DNA of 56,334 nucleotides from Bigelowiella natans CCMP2755 (taxonomy: Eukaryota > Protista > Cercozoa), in NCBI GenBank assembly GCA_000320545.1, contig ADNK01003043.1:1-56334 (forward strand), given 5' to 3'. This document shows positions 1-11,453 of this stretch, one piece after another (the first letter of the stretch is position 1; each line of letters opens with the position of its first letter). Made by a program: the position numbers and the translations under genes. The notes below the pieces were generated by a model. The model made no database searches and was not told the origin of the DNA. It saw nothing but the letters and a program-made list of their open reading frames with translations.

Positions 1-348
1 GCCCCCCCCTCCCCTCCTCCTCCTCCTCCTCCTCCTCCTCCTCCTCCTCGTATTCGTCATTGTCGTTGTCATGGCCATTATCAGCCGCTGCTGCCATCAT
101 CTCAAAGTCGAGGCAACGCTCCATACACTCGTCTAATAGCAGTCAAAGCAGCAGCAACAACAACAACAACAGTAGCAGTAGCAGAACCCAGCCGCCGCCG
201 CCAACAACGACAACGACAATAACAACATGAAGTGAGGATATAACATCAACTCACCACTAGTGCGGGTTCAAATCGTGGGTGTTCTCTACCAACACGCCGC
301 TCGGCAGCATCGATCGTATCCTCCACAGCGCCGGATTCCTTTGGAGAC

Positions 349-385
<37 letters not shown>

Positions 386-801
386 CTCACACAGAGAGGC
401 GGTGGTAATGAAGAGGAGGAGGAGGGAAGGGAGGGGGTTGGGGGGGGGAGGATATTGTAACAAGAAGGAGCACTCTCTCTCTCTCTCTCACTCTCTCTCT
501 CTCTTACTGCGGTCGTTTATCACTGTTGAATCTACCTGCAAATCAGCGAGTTTCCGAGTCGCCGTCTCCAATTCATATTGCGCAACCTTAGGGTTAGAGA
601 AGGGGGGAGGGGAAGAGGAGCGAGGAGCGAGGAAGGAGGAGGAGGAGGAGGAGTGTATTGAACAACAAATGTTTGTAGTAGTAGTAGCAATAGTAGTCGT
701 TGTATCGGCGTGTTTCTTATTAGAATCTTCTTCTTCGTCTTCCTCTTCTTCTTCAGGTCTTTTATTGTTGAATAATAATTATGCAAATGCACGCACACAC
801 A

Positions 802-858
<57 letters not shown>

Positions 859-2013
859 ATCCATGCAAACACACTCTTTACATGCAAACATGCTCTCATC
901 GCATACGTCGCGCTTGAGCGCGCCATCCGCCCTCCTTCCTCCCCCGTCATTGTCCACGAAGTTCCCCCCCTCCTCGGCTGCAGCGCCTCCATAGGCGATG
1001 AGGCCGTTCCAGAATACCTGCAGCGAAGATGAAAGCAAGCCAAGGGAAGATTACGGTGCCAATATCGTAGACGTAATAGCGACGAGACGCGGGCAGAGAC
1101 GCGAGCAGAGACGACGACTGCAGCATCGCTCGCCCACCTTCGAAAGACGTCCGTACGTGTGCATCTTCTCGGCGTCACTTGGGCTAAAAAGTGTGAAGCG
1201 CTTCCTCCCTCTGATGTGATGATTGTGACGACGACGGTGACGATGATGACGATGATGGCGATGATGACGATGATAGTAGCAGCATTAAGGGCACAGGGAG
1301 GGAGGGAAAAGCACGTAGGATAATACCGAATTAGTATGTAGAGGTTGTCATGGAAGTCGTGGTGTAGGCCGGAGGAGGCTCCTATGAAGAATAAATGGCG
1401 ATTATGATGGGTGATAGTAAGCAACGAAGCAAAGTAAACACCCCCCTCCCCTTCCCCTCCCCGAACGAACGAGCGTTCTCTCTCTCTATTGCTGCTAAGT
1501 ACTCTATTTTCCCGCCTTCAAGTCTTATCATAGCCGAGAATGAGAAGAGGTATCATTGATATCCTCATCGTGAAAATGTAATTTACGATCTATACCTCAA
1601 GTTTTTTTTATGGAAAAATAATTCATTTTTACACTTTTTCTTCTCCCCCTCCCCCTCCTCCTCCTCCTCTTCCTTCTTCTAGTAAGCAGCTCGACGTATA
1701 TTCGCTCAAAACCACCTTTTGCCGAGCAGCCCATCCATAGGTTGACTCTATGTGGGAGCAAATTGCCCAAGATCGAAGGCCGCGAGGGAATGTCGCCTTT
1801 GCAAAGGAGCAGAGAGGTGTGTAGTATTCAGTGTAAAGAATGAGCCAAAGTCAGAAAGTCCCCCCCCCCTCCTACTAGCGTCATTTCATTCCGCGCTGCT
1901 TCTATTCGCAGTAGAAGCTGCATAGATCATGGCACGACTACCTTTAAACATACATGCTGGTGGCGCTACAATCGGGCCGTCCTCCTGTGTAATGTCACGG
2001 TGAATGAGTGCCA

Positions 2014-2048
<35 letters not shown>

Positions 2049-3225
2049 GCACACATACTTACACACGCGCGCGCGCGCGCACATACAAATAACCAAGAAT
2101 TCTTTCTCAAGATTCTCAGCAAAGTCCAACCTCTCCTTGGGTCGTCAGATATAAGCCGGTGCTCCCTTCTGATATTGTCTCGATGAAGTTTTTGAACTTC
2201 ATTGCTCTCTTCGGGAGGCCTGGTTATGCATTATTCGCTCAAACAACGTTCGCATCGACACTGCGTCTACTAACGCCAAACCTGTGCCAAAGTTCCCGTC
2301 TCTGTCTTTGATTTCGACCTAATGAAGGAGATTAACATTGGTTACAACGTCTAAGCGCATAGAATCGCTTGCTCTTGCCGCCACAAAATCCAAATGTGCT
2401 TCTTCGCAGGCACGGAGGTCAGGGACGGCAATACCTCCAGATCACAGCTTCCAGCCCGGCGTTTCAGATAATCCAGGCCTGAAAGCATATAGAATGATCG
2501 TTAAGGGGATGTTAACTGGTAGGGAAGTGAGCTTCGCTGCCAAGCATTGACGCATTATTCATCTTTTAATTCCTCTCCCCTCTCTCCCCCCCCCATCTCT
2601 ATTTCATATTCAATTCCAACCTTCTGGCCCTTTCCACTTGTTTAGATTGAATTGCTTACAGTCTGTGCGACAATAAAAATCGAATCACACAGTAGCTATG
2701 GTGAGGATGGAGGGAGGCCAAAAGCAGCGAATGACGGGCGAAACGCCTCAACACGGGGAAAGGCGCAGCGTCAATATATTCGTTTCATCTACCCTCACCT
2801 GGGGTGCTTTTGAAAATGGCCGGCCGTCTCTTCGCTACATACTCGTCGAAAAATTGCCTGGCGGTAATATTATTCGGATCCAGCCGAGGTATCGTCTCCC
2901 CCCTCTCGTGAACCACGTGACCTACATGGAGGGGGAGGAGGATAATTTACTTAAGCGTGTATAAGCCATTCGGGCAATGTACGTGCAAGGGCACATTGTT
3001 GCGAAGGCGTTGAGGTGCTTCTTGTCGTTGTTACATGTGAAAAGTCACAACGTAGCATAGAATGCCATCATAACCTTGGTACTCGTTAATCTTTGAGTTC
3101 TTTTGGGGCCTGCGCTTCTTTGCCTTTGGTCGTCGCAATGGATTAAGAGGTGTGTAAGAAAGAGCCTGTTGCCTACGACCGCCTTCCTGATTCCGTCGCC
3201 GCTTTCTTTTCCGCTTTTTCCCCAT
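1..3225 (-). CDS. JmjC/cupin-like 2-oxoglutarate/Fe(II) oxygenase; multi-exon, 3' end beyond window start
   Basis: Spliced minus-strand exons give MGKKRKRK... ITARQFFDEYVAKRRPAIF... LDYLKRRAG... LYLTTQ... RPSILGNLLPHRVNLWMG... SSGLHHDFHDNLYILIRGRKRFTLFSP. This contains the HxD Fe-binding motif and the GRKRFxLFxP JmjC signature. ATG at 3225; at least 11 GT-AG introns. Confidence 0.9.
795..853. repeat. Compound (CA)n(GA)n intronic microsatellite, representative of dozens in the window
   Basis: Directly visible; others at about 350, 2018, 6049, 9017, 11410, 20286, 22290, 23102, 28328, 29327, 30160, 36158, 37227, 39617, 55953 and 56092. Confidence 0.95.
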
Positions 3226-4196
3226 CGTTGCTGCTGAAACATCATAGTGAAAATATTGGTGTGAAGAGCATGCTCGGCGGTTGAAATGAAGGAAATAGGA
3301 CTCCACAGCTGTAAAGGGCCACTAGACCCCTTGCAGCTGTGCAGCTTCACATCAAATTCCTCGAAGGTTGCATGCTTGTAAACGACAACAAACATTTCTC
3401 TTTTTAATTTGCAGGGTGTGGGGCGGCGAACCAGATTATCCAGATTTCGCACCACTGAGGAGACTCCCAAATGGGAAATAATTTAATCGGAATATAATTA
3501 AAAACTGTCTTCCTCTCTGTTCGATGATAGTTGGGGAAACTGGAACGAAATTATGCGAAATCATTTTTTCTTGTTCGAAGTATCTCGCGATAATTCCAGT
3601 CTAGGTGCCCCCATTTATACAGCCGCGAAATCCAAAAAGCATTTTATTATTTGTTGGCAACATTTCGAAGGAAATAGATGTTCCATGTGCGAAGTCCAAT
3701 GATTGCTAATTTTTCGCACGCGACAACAATCAGGCGCAGTCGTCCGTTTTCTTTGTCCAGATAAAATTGAAAAAAGGGGGAAATGGTTTCTGAGCTTCAC
3801 TTCCAAGCGACAAGAAATTGTGGATGTCTTTATACAGAAATGCCATAAATTTTTCATTAATCATCGTTTCGGCTCCGATACCCTTCGTTGGGAACCACTA
3901 TCCTTGCCTCGCTCACGATAAGGTATGGACATGGCATGGAGGTTCCTTTTCAATGCATAATTCGAGGATGCAGTTCGCCAGCACGAATTGAATTTGTTGC
4001 AACATGGGTTTGGTTATGTGTCCCCCTGTAGGAGGTCTCCTTTCAACTACCTCATCTCATTTCAATGTCCTAAGTTCTTCCATCTACTACCTTTTCAACT
4101 GCTGTGCGTCTCCCGTAATATATTTGGAAAAAAATAGGATTGATGAGGAAGGAAAAGAGGTTCTAGGACAAATCACAATCGGAGAGGGTAATCGTT

Positions 4197-6047
4197 ATGT
4201 CCCATCGTGAGAGTCGCCGAAGTCGTTCTGGCGTGAGGCGGCAGGGCAGGAGCTCCCCTCGAAGCCTTGTCCGAAGAATGAGGACCCAACCTATGCCGAC
4301 TTGGAACGGCAATCGTATCTACCAGCTCCTTGGAGCCTACTTTCATGACCCTGAGAGCCTAGTAAACGTCGTCAAAAACTTCACGAAGGAGGAGATCCTC
4401 AACCTACACGCGGCAGCTCGAGTGACGGAAAGGGCAGCGGTCCCATATTATAGAGTGTGCTCCCAATTGCTCCCATCCATATCCTGGGCTCGTCGCCTGC
4501 ATATATACCACGTGGTGGACTCGATCTCTTGGGAACCGCTGGAGTCGTTTTCGGGCGGCTGCGGGCTGCACTACCGCCACCGCTGCATCTTTGGGGCAGG
4601 ATATGAGAGCGGTCATGGGAACTTGCAGTATTATGGGCGCGACATCTTGACGACAATGCAGGACGAGAGAACGTGCTCCATTGAGATCGATCTATTCACG
4701 CAAAGTCCTCATTTTCGTGGGCTATCATCCATCCAACACCTGGACATCGATGAGGTAAGGGAGGTGATGCACGTCAAGACTTTCGTCCGAATAGGCGATG
4801 TCATCGTGTCCGATACCGCCCTCGTCGTGGGCGGGGGCATTGGCCTTGAGGATATGGCTGTGGATGAAAGGTGCTGACCTTGATAATAGTGGAAGGTGGT
4901 GAGCGAGAGAGGGGGGGCGGAAGATTCACACTTATGCTTGCTGCCCACTTGACGCATGAAATATCTCCAATATTACAACAGGGATTTGGCAACTATCGCC
5001 CGTGCCCTTGGCCTTGAACCGACCCCATTATTCGCCCAAGAATTCAGTCGCGTAATATACTGCATGGCCATGAGCATGGTAGGGAGAAAATGGGGTGTCA
5101 CTGCCCATGATGCATTTTCCCGCTTAATCTTCGTTGAGCGCGACCACTTCCTCAACTCTGACGCTAGTAGCAGCAACGATGATGGGGCCTATAGTTCCGA
5201 CAATCATACGCATGCAGATAAGGTGGTGGCAGCATATGGCCAGTCCATCTCACACGAGAACGAGCAACACCACCATCAGCATCAGCATCATCATCATCAT
5301 CATCATCACATGTTTGATGAGGGAGGGAGCATGGCAGAGGCGGAAGGCTACGGTAGCGACGAGTCGTCTGATACAGAATGCTGCGGTAAGATGTTTGATT
5401 GAGCGGAAATGAGAGCGAAGGATTTCTTTTGTCTAACGATTTTCGTAAAAACGATTGGGTGCTGCTTATAACTCCCTCTGGCAAAAGTAGAAGTAGTAGT
5501 AGTATTAGTAGTTGTTGTTGTTGTTGCGGCATTAAACGTACGCTCACAAACTCTTCCTGCTTGCTTCCTACACGGACAGAGGCCAAGCGTTTCGCGGTCG
5601 AATTTGCGTCTCGGAACTCGCAGTTGGCGGAAATCATCTTCCAATACGTCAATGTAAGTGGTGCCACCAGCAGTAGAACAATCGACCCTGTCCCCTCAGA
5701 ATCCCTTCTTCTCCGCCCCGTTTTGCACGTACAACGTAGGACCCCGCGGACGTGTGGCGCTCTTTGCGTTTCCACCTCGGCAGCTCTGGCGTGAGGGAGT
5801 TCCGAGAGGGAGTGGACACGTTGGCTCTCGCCGTTGACTTCTACGACGCCACTCGCCGCGAGTGCAAGCTGGCAGCCATTCCGTGGATCGATGGCGTTGC
5901 GGTGTCGCAGGTAGTCGCTCAGCGCGCCATCATGATAAATAGATGAGATGCATTCCGAGCCGTATCAAAGAAGAATCGTCACGATCAATGAGAAATGGCG
6001 GTGGGTGGGGTGGTGATAGCGACCGGCTGATACTGCTTTTGGAACAC

Positions 6048-6091
<44 letters not shown>

Positions 6092-7220
6092 ACAACCCAT
6101 CATAAACTCAAAACTTCATTCGGAAATCGAGATCGCGAACATCATCCATTCTTATCAGGTGAGCGCGTACGTCGACAGCGAGATTAAGGGCTCTCACGAG
6201 TGCGGATTTCGATGCGACTTCACGTTGGGGGGCGGGGCGTTGGGGGGGCTGGAAGGGTCACTCCGGCAGAGGTTATTCAAGTGTGCGTTAGTTGTCGAAG
6301 GCTCCTTTTCCGGGCCCTCCACGCAGACAAAGAATAAGAAGAAGAGCCTTCACTACGGCCATAGCAGCAGCGGCAATATGTCGAGGAGAAATAAGAAATG
6401 GGCGGGCAGCTCGGAAGAAAAGCTGCGCGGCCGTGACGGGGAGTCTGGCGGCTGCAGTAGCGCAAACCGCCACCACCGTCGCTCCTTCCCCTCCTCCTAC
6501 TCCTTTTCATCGTCATCGTCATCCTCTTCCTCCTCCTCCGCGAACCCCGACAACAGCGGTCAGTACCAGATGCAGCTGTACGTCGACGGGGTGCCCATGA
6601 ACAGGCCTGTCGACGGCTACGGCCGCATTAACGCAGGGGCTGTCTCGGCTTTGGTGGCGCAGAACCGATCTTTCCTCTCCCGAGTGATGGCCACGGAGCT
6701 AGGCGATTCATCCTCCTCCTCCTCCTCCTCCTCCTCCTCCTCTCACACTAGCGGAGAGGACTTCGCATTCGAACTCTCCTCTGTCCTGTGGGAGCTCCTG
6801 AAGCATTGTCACACGGAAGATAGCATCGGCGGCGGTGGTGGTGGTGGTGGTGCCTCCGCCACTTGTGATAGTGCTGCTGTAGGGACAGTGCTGTGTCGCA
6901 AGAATAACGCAGCAACTCGCTTCCGCAGGGTCGCGCTGATTCCCAACTATTCCTCGTCCGCCTCAAATCCGTTCTATTCGAGGAGGAGTACTGCCATTCT
7001 TGGGGGTAAAAACGCATGGCGTGAGGGAGAAGAAGCCACAAACTGTAGCAGCAATGGCATTTTCTACGACGACGGAAGAGGAGACTACTTGGAAATTATT
7101 AGGGGAGAGAAGAAGAGGTCATCCTCGGCTACTAGTAGGTCTTTAGAGGGATTAGATGCGGGGCCGCAACAGACAACTTGGAAGCCCCGCAGATTACGAA
7201 CCTATTCGCATAAGAGCTAA
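4197..7220 (+). CDS. Hypothetical protein, 5 exons (about 4197-4870, 4982-5385, 5580-5653, 5740-5910, 6159-7220), with His- and Ser-rich low-complexity tracts
   Basis: Four GT-AG introns join the separate ORFs 4197, 4956, 5399, 5752 and 5943 in frame. No family recognised. Confidence 0.75.
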
Positions 7221-7997
7221 AATAAGGTGGCACCTATGCGAGTGCGTGAGTAACATATCCCAGCATCGCAGCTTAGAGTAGCGCATACAAGTAATTTTTA
7301 ATAGTGCTGTCCAATGGTAGCCTGTTGCTTTTACCATGAACGGAAAATATCACTGGCGAGTCCTTGTAAAATTATTTTTGTTATAAAATTACTGATCTCT
7401 AGATCTGCTACTAGGTAGCTAGCTCTAGAGCTAGCTAGATTTCTTAAGATTTACGACATCGCATGAAAAGTAAGATGTGTAATCTCGAGAAATACTCCAT
7501 GCCCCACTCGCGCAGTAGGCGTACGTAAAAGTGCTAGAGTGGTCGCACATCTAGATGCATAATAAGATCTGCACCGTCAATTACCACGTCACGCACATAT
7601 CATAAAGCAAACATGTCAGTTGTACAACAACACAAACATCAATAGCTATATAGCGCGCGCAGATACGTACATACATGCGCGTATGGCTGTGACAGTCACA
7701 TGTGCTGTATATGGACTATAAGTCCCTATATATAGCTGGCATGCATCACGCTCTAGCGCTACAATACCATTAGACATCGTGAACTTTACAACACATGCAC
7801 GCGACAGTTTGCAAATGACGTACGTACGTGTTGAAATATAACAAAGCCTATTATATGATAAAATGTGCAATGTGCTAAAGCTTGCAATAACTAGATTCTC
7901 ATACTGAAGTCGTGACCCAGTATCTAAGGGGGAGTAACAAGACGTCGGTTTATTTTGAATAAATGTTAGCTTCCTTCAGGTGATGTCACAATGACCA

Positions 7998-9013
7998 CTA
8001 CTTCTTCTTGCTGGCATGTTCTGCCTCGATTTTTAGCCATTTTTTGACAGCATCCAATTCTCCGACCTTTTCATAGATTGCCTGATGAATATAGTGGCAA
8101 GTGGTTGAGTTAGTATGGCAGGACAATGTTATGTCTCTGGCAATTCTTCTCGCTAAGACATGGCAAACATGATTATATGTTACCAGCATTGTTGGGTATT
8201 TATCGATGAAATCTTTAGGAACTCCATCAAGAAATCCAGATTTTAATGATTTGACAGTTACGAAAATTCGAATATCAGCAATGGAAAGTGCTTTCCCAGC
8301 CGCATACCTTCAAAATATTATTCCAATGAGTGCAGGAAAGCGTTTCCTTATTATAGACTTACCCCGTTTCCTTAAAGTTCTGCTTTAGAAATTCCTCCAT
8401 TTTGGCGAACTTCGCTGGCCAAATCTGATCGGAAATTTTTCATATTCAATTCTCGTAGGCATATTCTCGTTGACAGGCATAATCTATTGTTGTGTTACAT
8501 TCTCAACGATGTTCTTGCGCATTTCAAGTTTCTCTTTCTCCCCTTTCTTTTCTCCTTTGAAGGGGGGGAGTCCGTAACGTTCGGGGCCGCTATATTATAA
8601 ACAAAGTCGAAAGGTTTTAAGATGCTGTCGCCGTAACCGTGAAGAAAGTTACGTACAATGAAACGATAATAGGGGTCATCAGGTCCTCCATGGTATGGAT
8701 AATTATTTCGCAGTCTGAAAAGAGATCAACATCAATTCTTTCAACTCACCATCGAAAGTATCGAATTCAAACCCATTTGCTCGCTTTCATCCTTGGGGAA
8801 AAGGCCTGCTTTTTTGCCGATGTACTTTAGTATCGGCATGGACTGAGCATAGGTTTTCCCGGCATCTTTCAAAATTGGGACTTGTCCGAAGGGTAGGGAA
8901 GGCTTCAGCTTAGGGAAATCTTTGAACTCAATACGGGTGTCCTTGAACTGAAGCTCACCAATGGCAGCAGCCAAGCGCAAATCCTAAATTTTGCACGCAG
9001 TGTTTTCAACAAC

Positions 9014-9069
<56 letters not shown>

Positions 9070-9108
9070 CAGTGCGCGGCCTTCGATGTTGAAATAGACA
9101 ATCTCCAT
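7998..9108 (-). CDS. Glutathione S-transferase, sigma-like class; 7 exons
   Basis: MEIVYFNIEGRA (N-terminal catalytic Tyr), LPFGQVPIL (cis-Pro motif), YAQSMPILKYIGK, and C-terminal LSIADI...GFLDGVPKDFIDKYP. Stop at 7998. Confidence 0.93.
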
Positions 9109-9529
9109 GGTGTTCTTGGCTGGATGTGACGCAGTTTGAAATCTGACCTCTCGGCTCGGAAGGAGGGTGCTTGCTTTGCAACTGGCCGCGGAGATCTCAC
9201 AACAAACCCACCCGTCACTTTCCAACTGCGACAACCAATATTTTCAGTCTCAGGAGGCTGACCGAGGGTGTTTTCTCAAAGTTTGGAGCGGAACCCAAAG
9301 TCGATTTGATACTAAACAAAGAGAGGCAGCAGGTCTTCCCCTCGGCAAGCAGAAAGCGTGGTATTTTCGGGGCCAAAAAATGATGAACAGGGCACGTCAG
9401 GACTACGACATATGTCAGTGGCTGACGTACCGAAATGATTCTTGTCGCAGGACAAATACCACATGCGTTTTCGCAGATTGGAGCACACAGAGAAAAGTGC
9501 GGAGTTAGTTTGCGGGAGCCCAAATCACA

Positions 9530-9910
9530 ATGTCTTCTGAGGGGAAACTCACCGTGCTCGTCGCATCAGCGACCGCGAATGCAGGGTCAAAGGCTGTCAT
9601 CGCATTGTCGAAGAAAGGTTTGCCCCCGTCGATTGTGTTGCAGCATCACCGCGCGTGTCATCAAAAAATTTTCCGTCGCATGCAGGTGACATCTCCGTCC
9701 GTGCTAGCGTGCTGTGCTAGCTGTAGCCCGCAATGTCGAGAAGGCGAAGAAGATGCTCGGCGATCTTCCGATTGTGACAATTGTGAAAGGCGATTTCGAA
9801 GACGAGAAGTCGTTGGACGCAGCCCTCGCAGGCGTCAACCGTGCTATGTTGGTTTCTGGCGTTGGCAAGCACGAACAACACGATGTTGAGTGCGACTTTC
9901 TCCTCAAATG
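9530..9910 (+). pseudogene. NmrA-like/NAD(P)-binding Rossmann protein, truncated and frameshifted
   Basis: LTVLVASATANAGSKAVIAL, intron 9618-9685, then GDISVRA..VARNVEKAK..TIVKGDFEDEKSLDAALAGVNRAMLVS. A 17-nt insertion at 9706-9722 gives an in-frame TAG. No recognisable C-terminal half. Confidence 0.7.
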
Positions 9911-10469
9911 CAATCCAAAACTTGCCTTTACGCAGCATCGTTACAGCACGCACCATCTTTGCTACGTTCACATCACGAAGCAGCTACTACCTCATCTTTG
10001 TCCTTAGCCTTGTAATGGAAATATTCCATGCGCCATGAACACAGCGCTCAGCGCAATCTAGCAATGAACGTGCTGCACAGCAAAAGCACAGAGCAGTCTG
10101 CAGTGTTCGGGCGAAATGCGAGCTGCGAGTGCACAACACTATCGACGCACAGCGCAACACTATTCAAAATTTGTAAAATTTCAAAATGCGTATCGGTGTG
10201 AATATTAATCGAATACTAGTACAATACGTATCACAGAGACTCTTAATCAAATAATTACTGCTCGGACTGTGCCTTCTCTTCTGATGATTAATGACTATAT
10301 TGCTTGGGAACGAACGCGTGCTTGCTGCGCGATTACACGCAGCAGATTGATGAGTTAACACCCCGCTAGTCAACGGGGGCCTCTGAGGCGTTTCGTACGT
10401 GTTTCCCCGGTTTCGTCTGATACAAGATGAGCACATCCTCAAAAAAACGATAATATACATGGGGACGAT

Positions 10470-11406
10470 CTAGACGATGACGACAAAGATGTAATTGAGC
10501 ACGGCAGTGAAAGCAATGATGGTGAAGGTGATGACTTCGTCTGATGGGGATACAGGATTTTATCGGATATATCTATCATCGTAGGTGCGGGAGTAAATGT
10601 GTTTTGAACATCACGACATGAAAAAATATCAGCACCCTTGGATGAATATCATCACCTTCTTCTTTCCACCATTCTTCTCGGCAGCTTCGTCTTCGTCCTT
10701 TATCCTTGTAATTGCCTTCAGAAGCTTCACAATCTGTCCGTACTTCAGCCCCATCGCCTTGAAATCTGATCGTTCTAGTTCGAAGAGATCCTCCTCATCA
10801 AGGTCCTCCTCGCCCAGGATCCTGAGCGTTTTGGCGTCGATTTTGAACTTCTCCACCATCGAAGCCAACCGAGGTAGTTTTGCTTCGTTGTGGGGGAGGA
10901 GGGGGGGGAAAGGGGGGAGACGGGAGAGCGATAAATAACATTGCCGCTTTCGTTCGATTTCATCACTGCTTTGGTACGATCATGATTATCATTATAAGGC
11001 GTGTGCTTCCTATCTACCATGCCGAGTTTCATATACCGGACGGATCCGCGGCCTTTGCGCGTGGTGGTGGAGGGCCAGGATAGGGGCCAGGTGGCGGCCT
11101 TGGCTTGACGTTGCTCTCGCCGCTACTGCTGAGTAGATCATGTGCAGGGGTCGGCTGTCGTCGTAGAACGACATTTGGCTGCTGCTGTGTGACATATCAT
11201 AAATCACACTCTTCGTATATCCATTGCTAATCTGCACTAATGTACACGTGCACGCAGAAGCAACGCAGCTATCGTCCAGGGGTGGGGGGAGAAAGCATAG
11301 GAAGTTTAATGGGACGTTTTGAAGGCGATGCAGGGAATAGATGGGAAAAATCACGAAATGAAACTGGCAATGGCACAACTGTGCGTGAATATATGTATAT
11401 GCTCTG

Positions 11407-11453
<47 letters not shown>

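Noticed and set aside
279-1424. Long ORFs with poly-IY, HT, RE and CV tracts, here and throughout the window
   Set aside because: They are read-through of intronic microsatellites; the real exons are short and splice into recognisable proteins.
7924-7936. TAAGGGGGAG Copia polypurine-tract-like motif
   Set aside because: No following TG..CA LTR or RNase H sequence.
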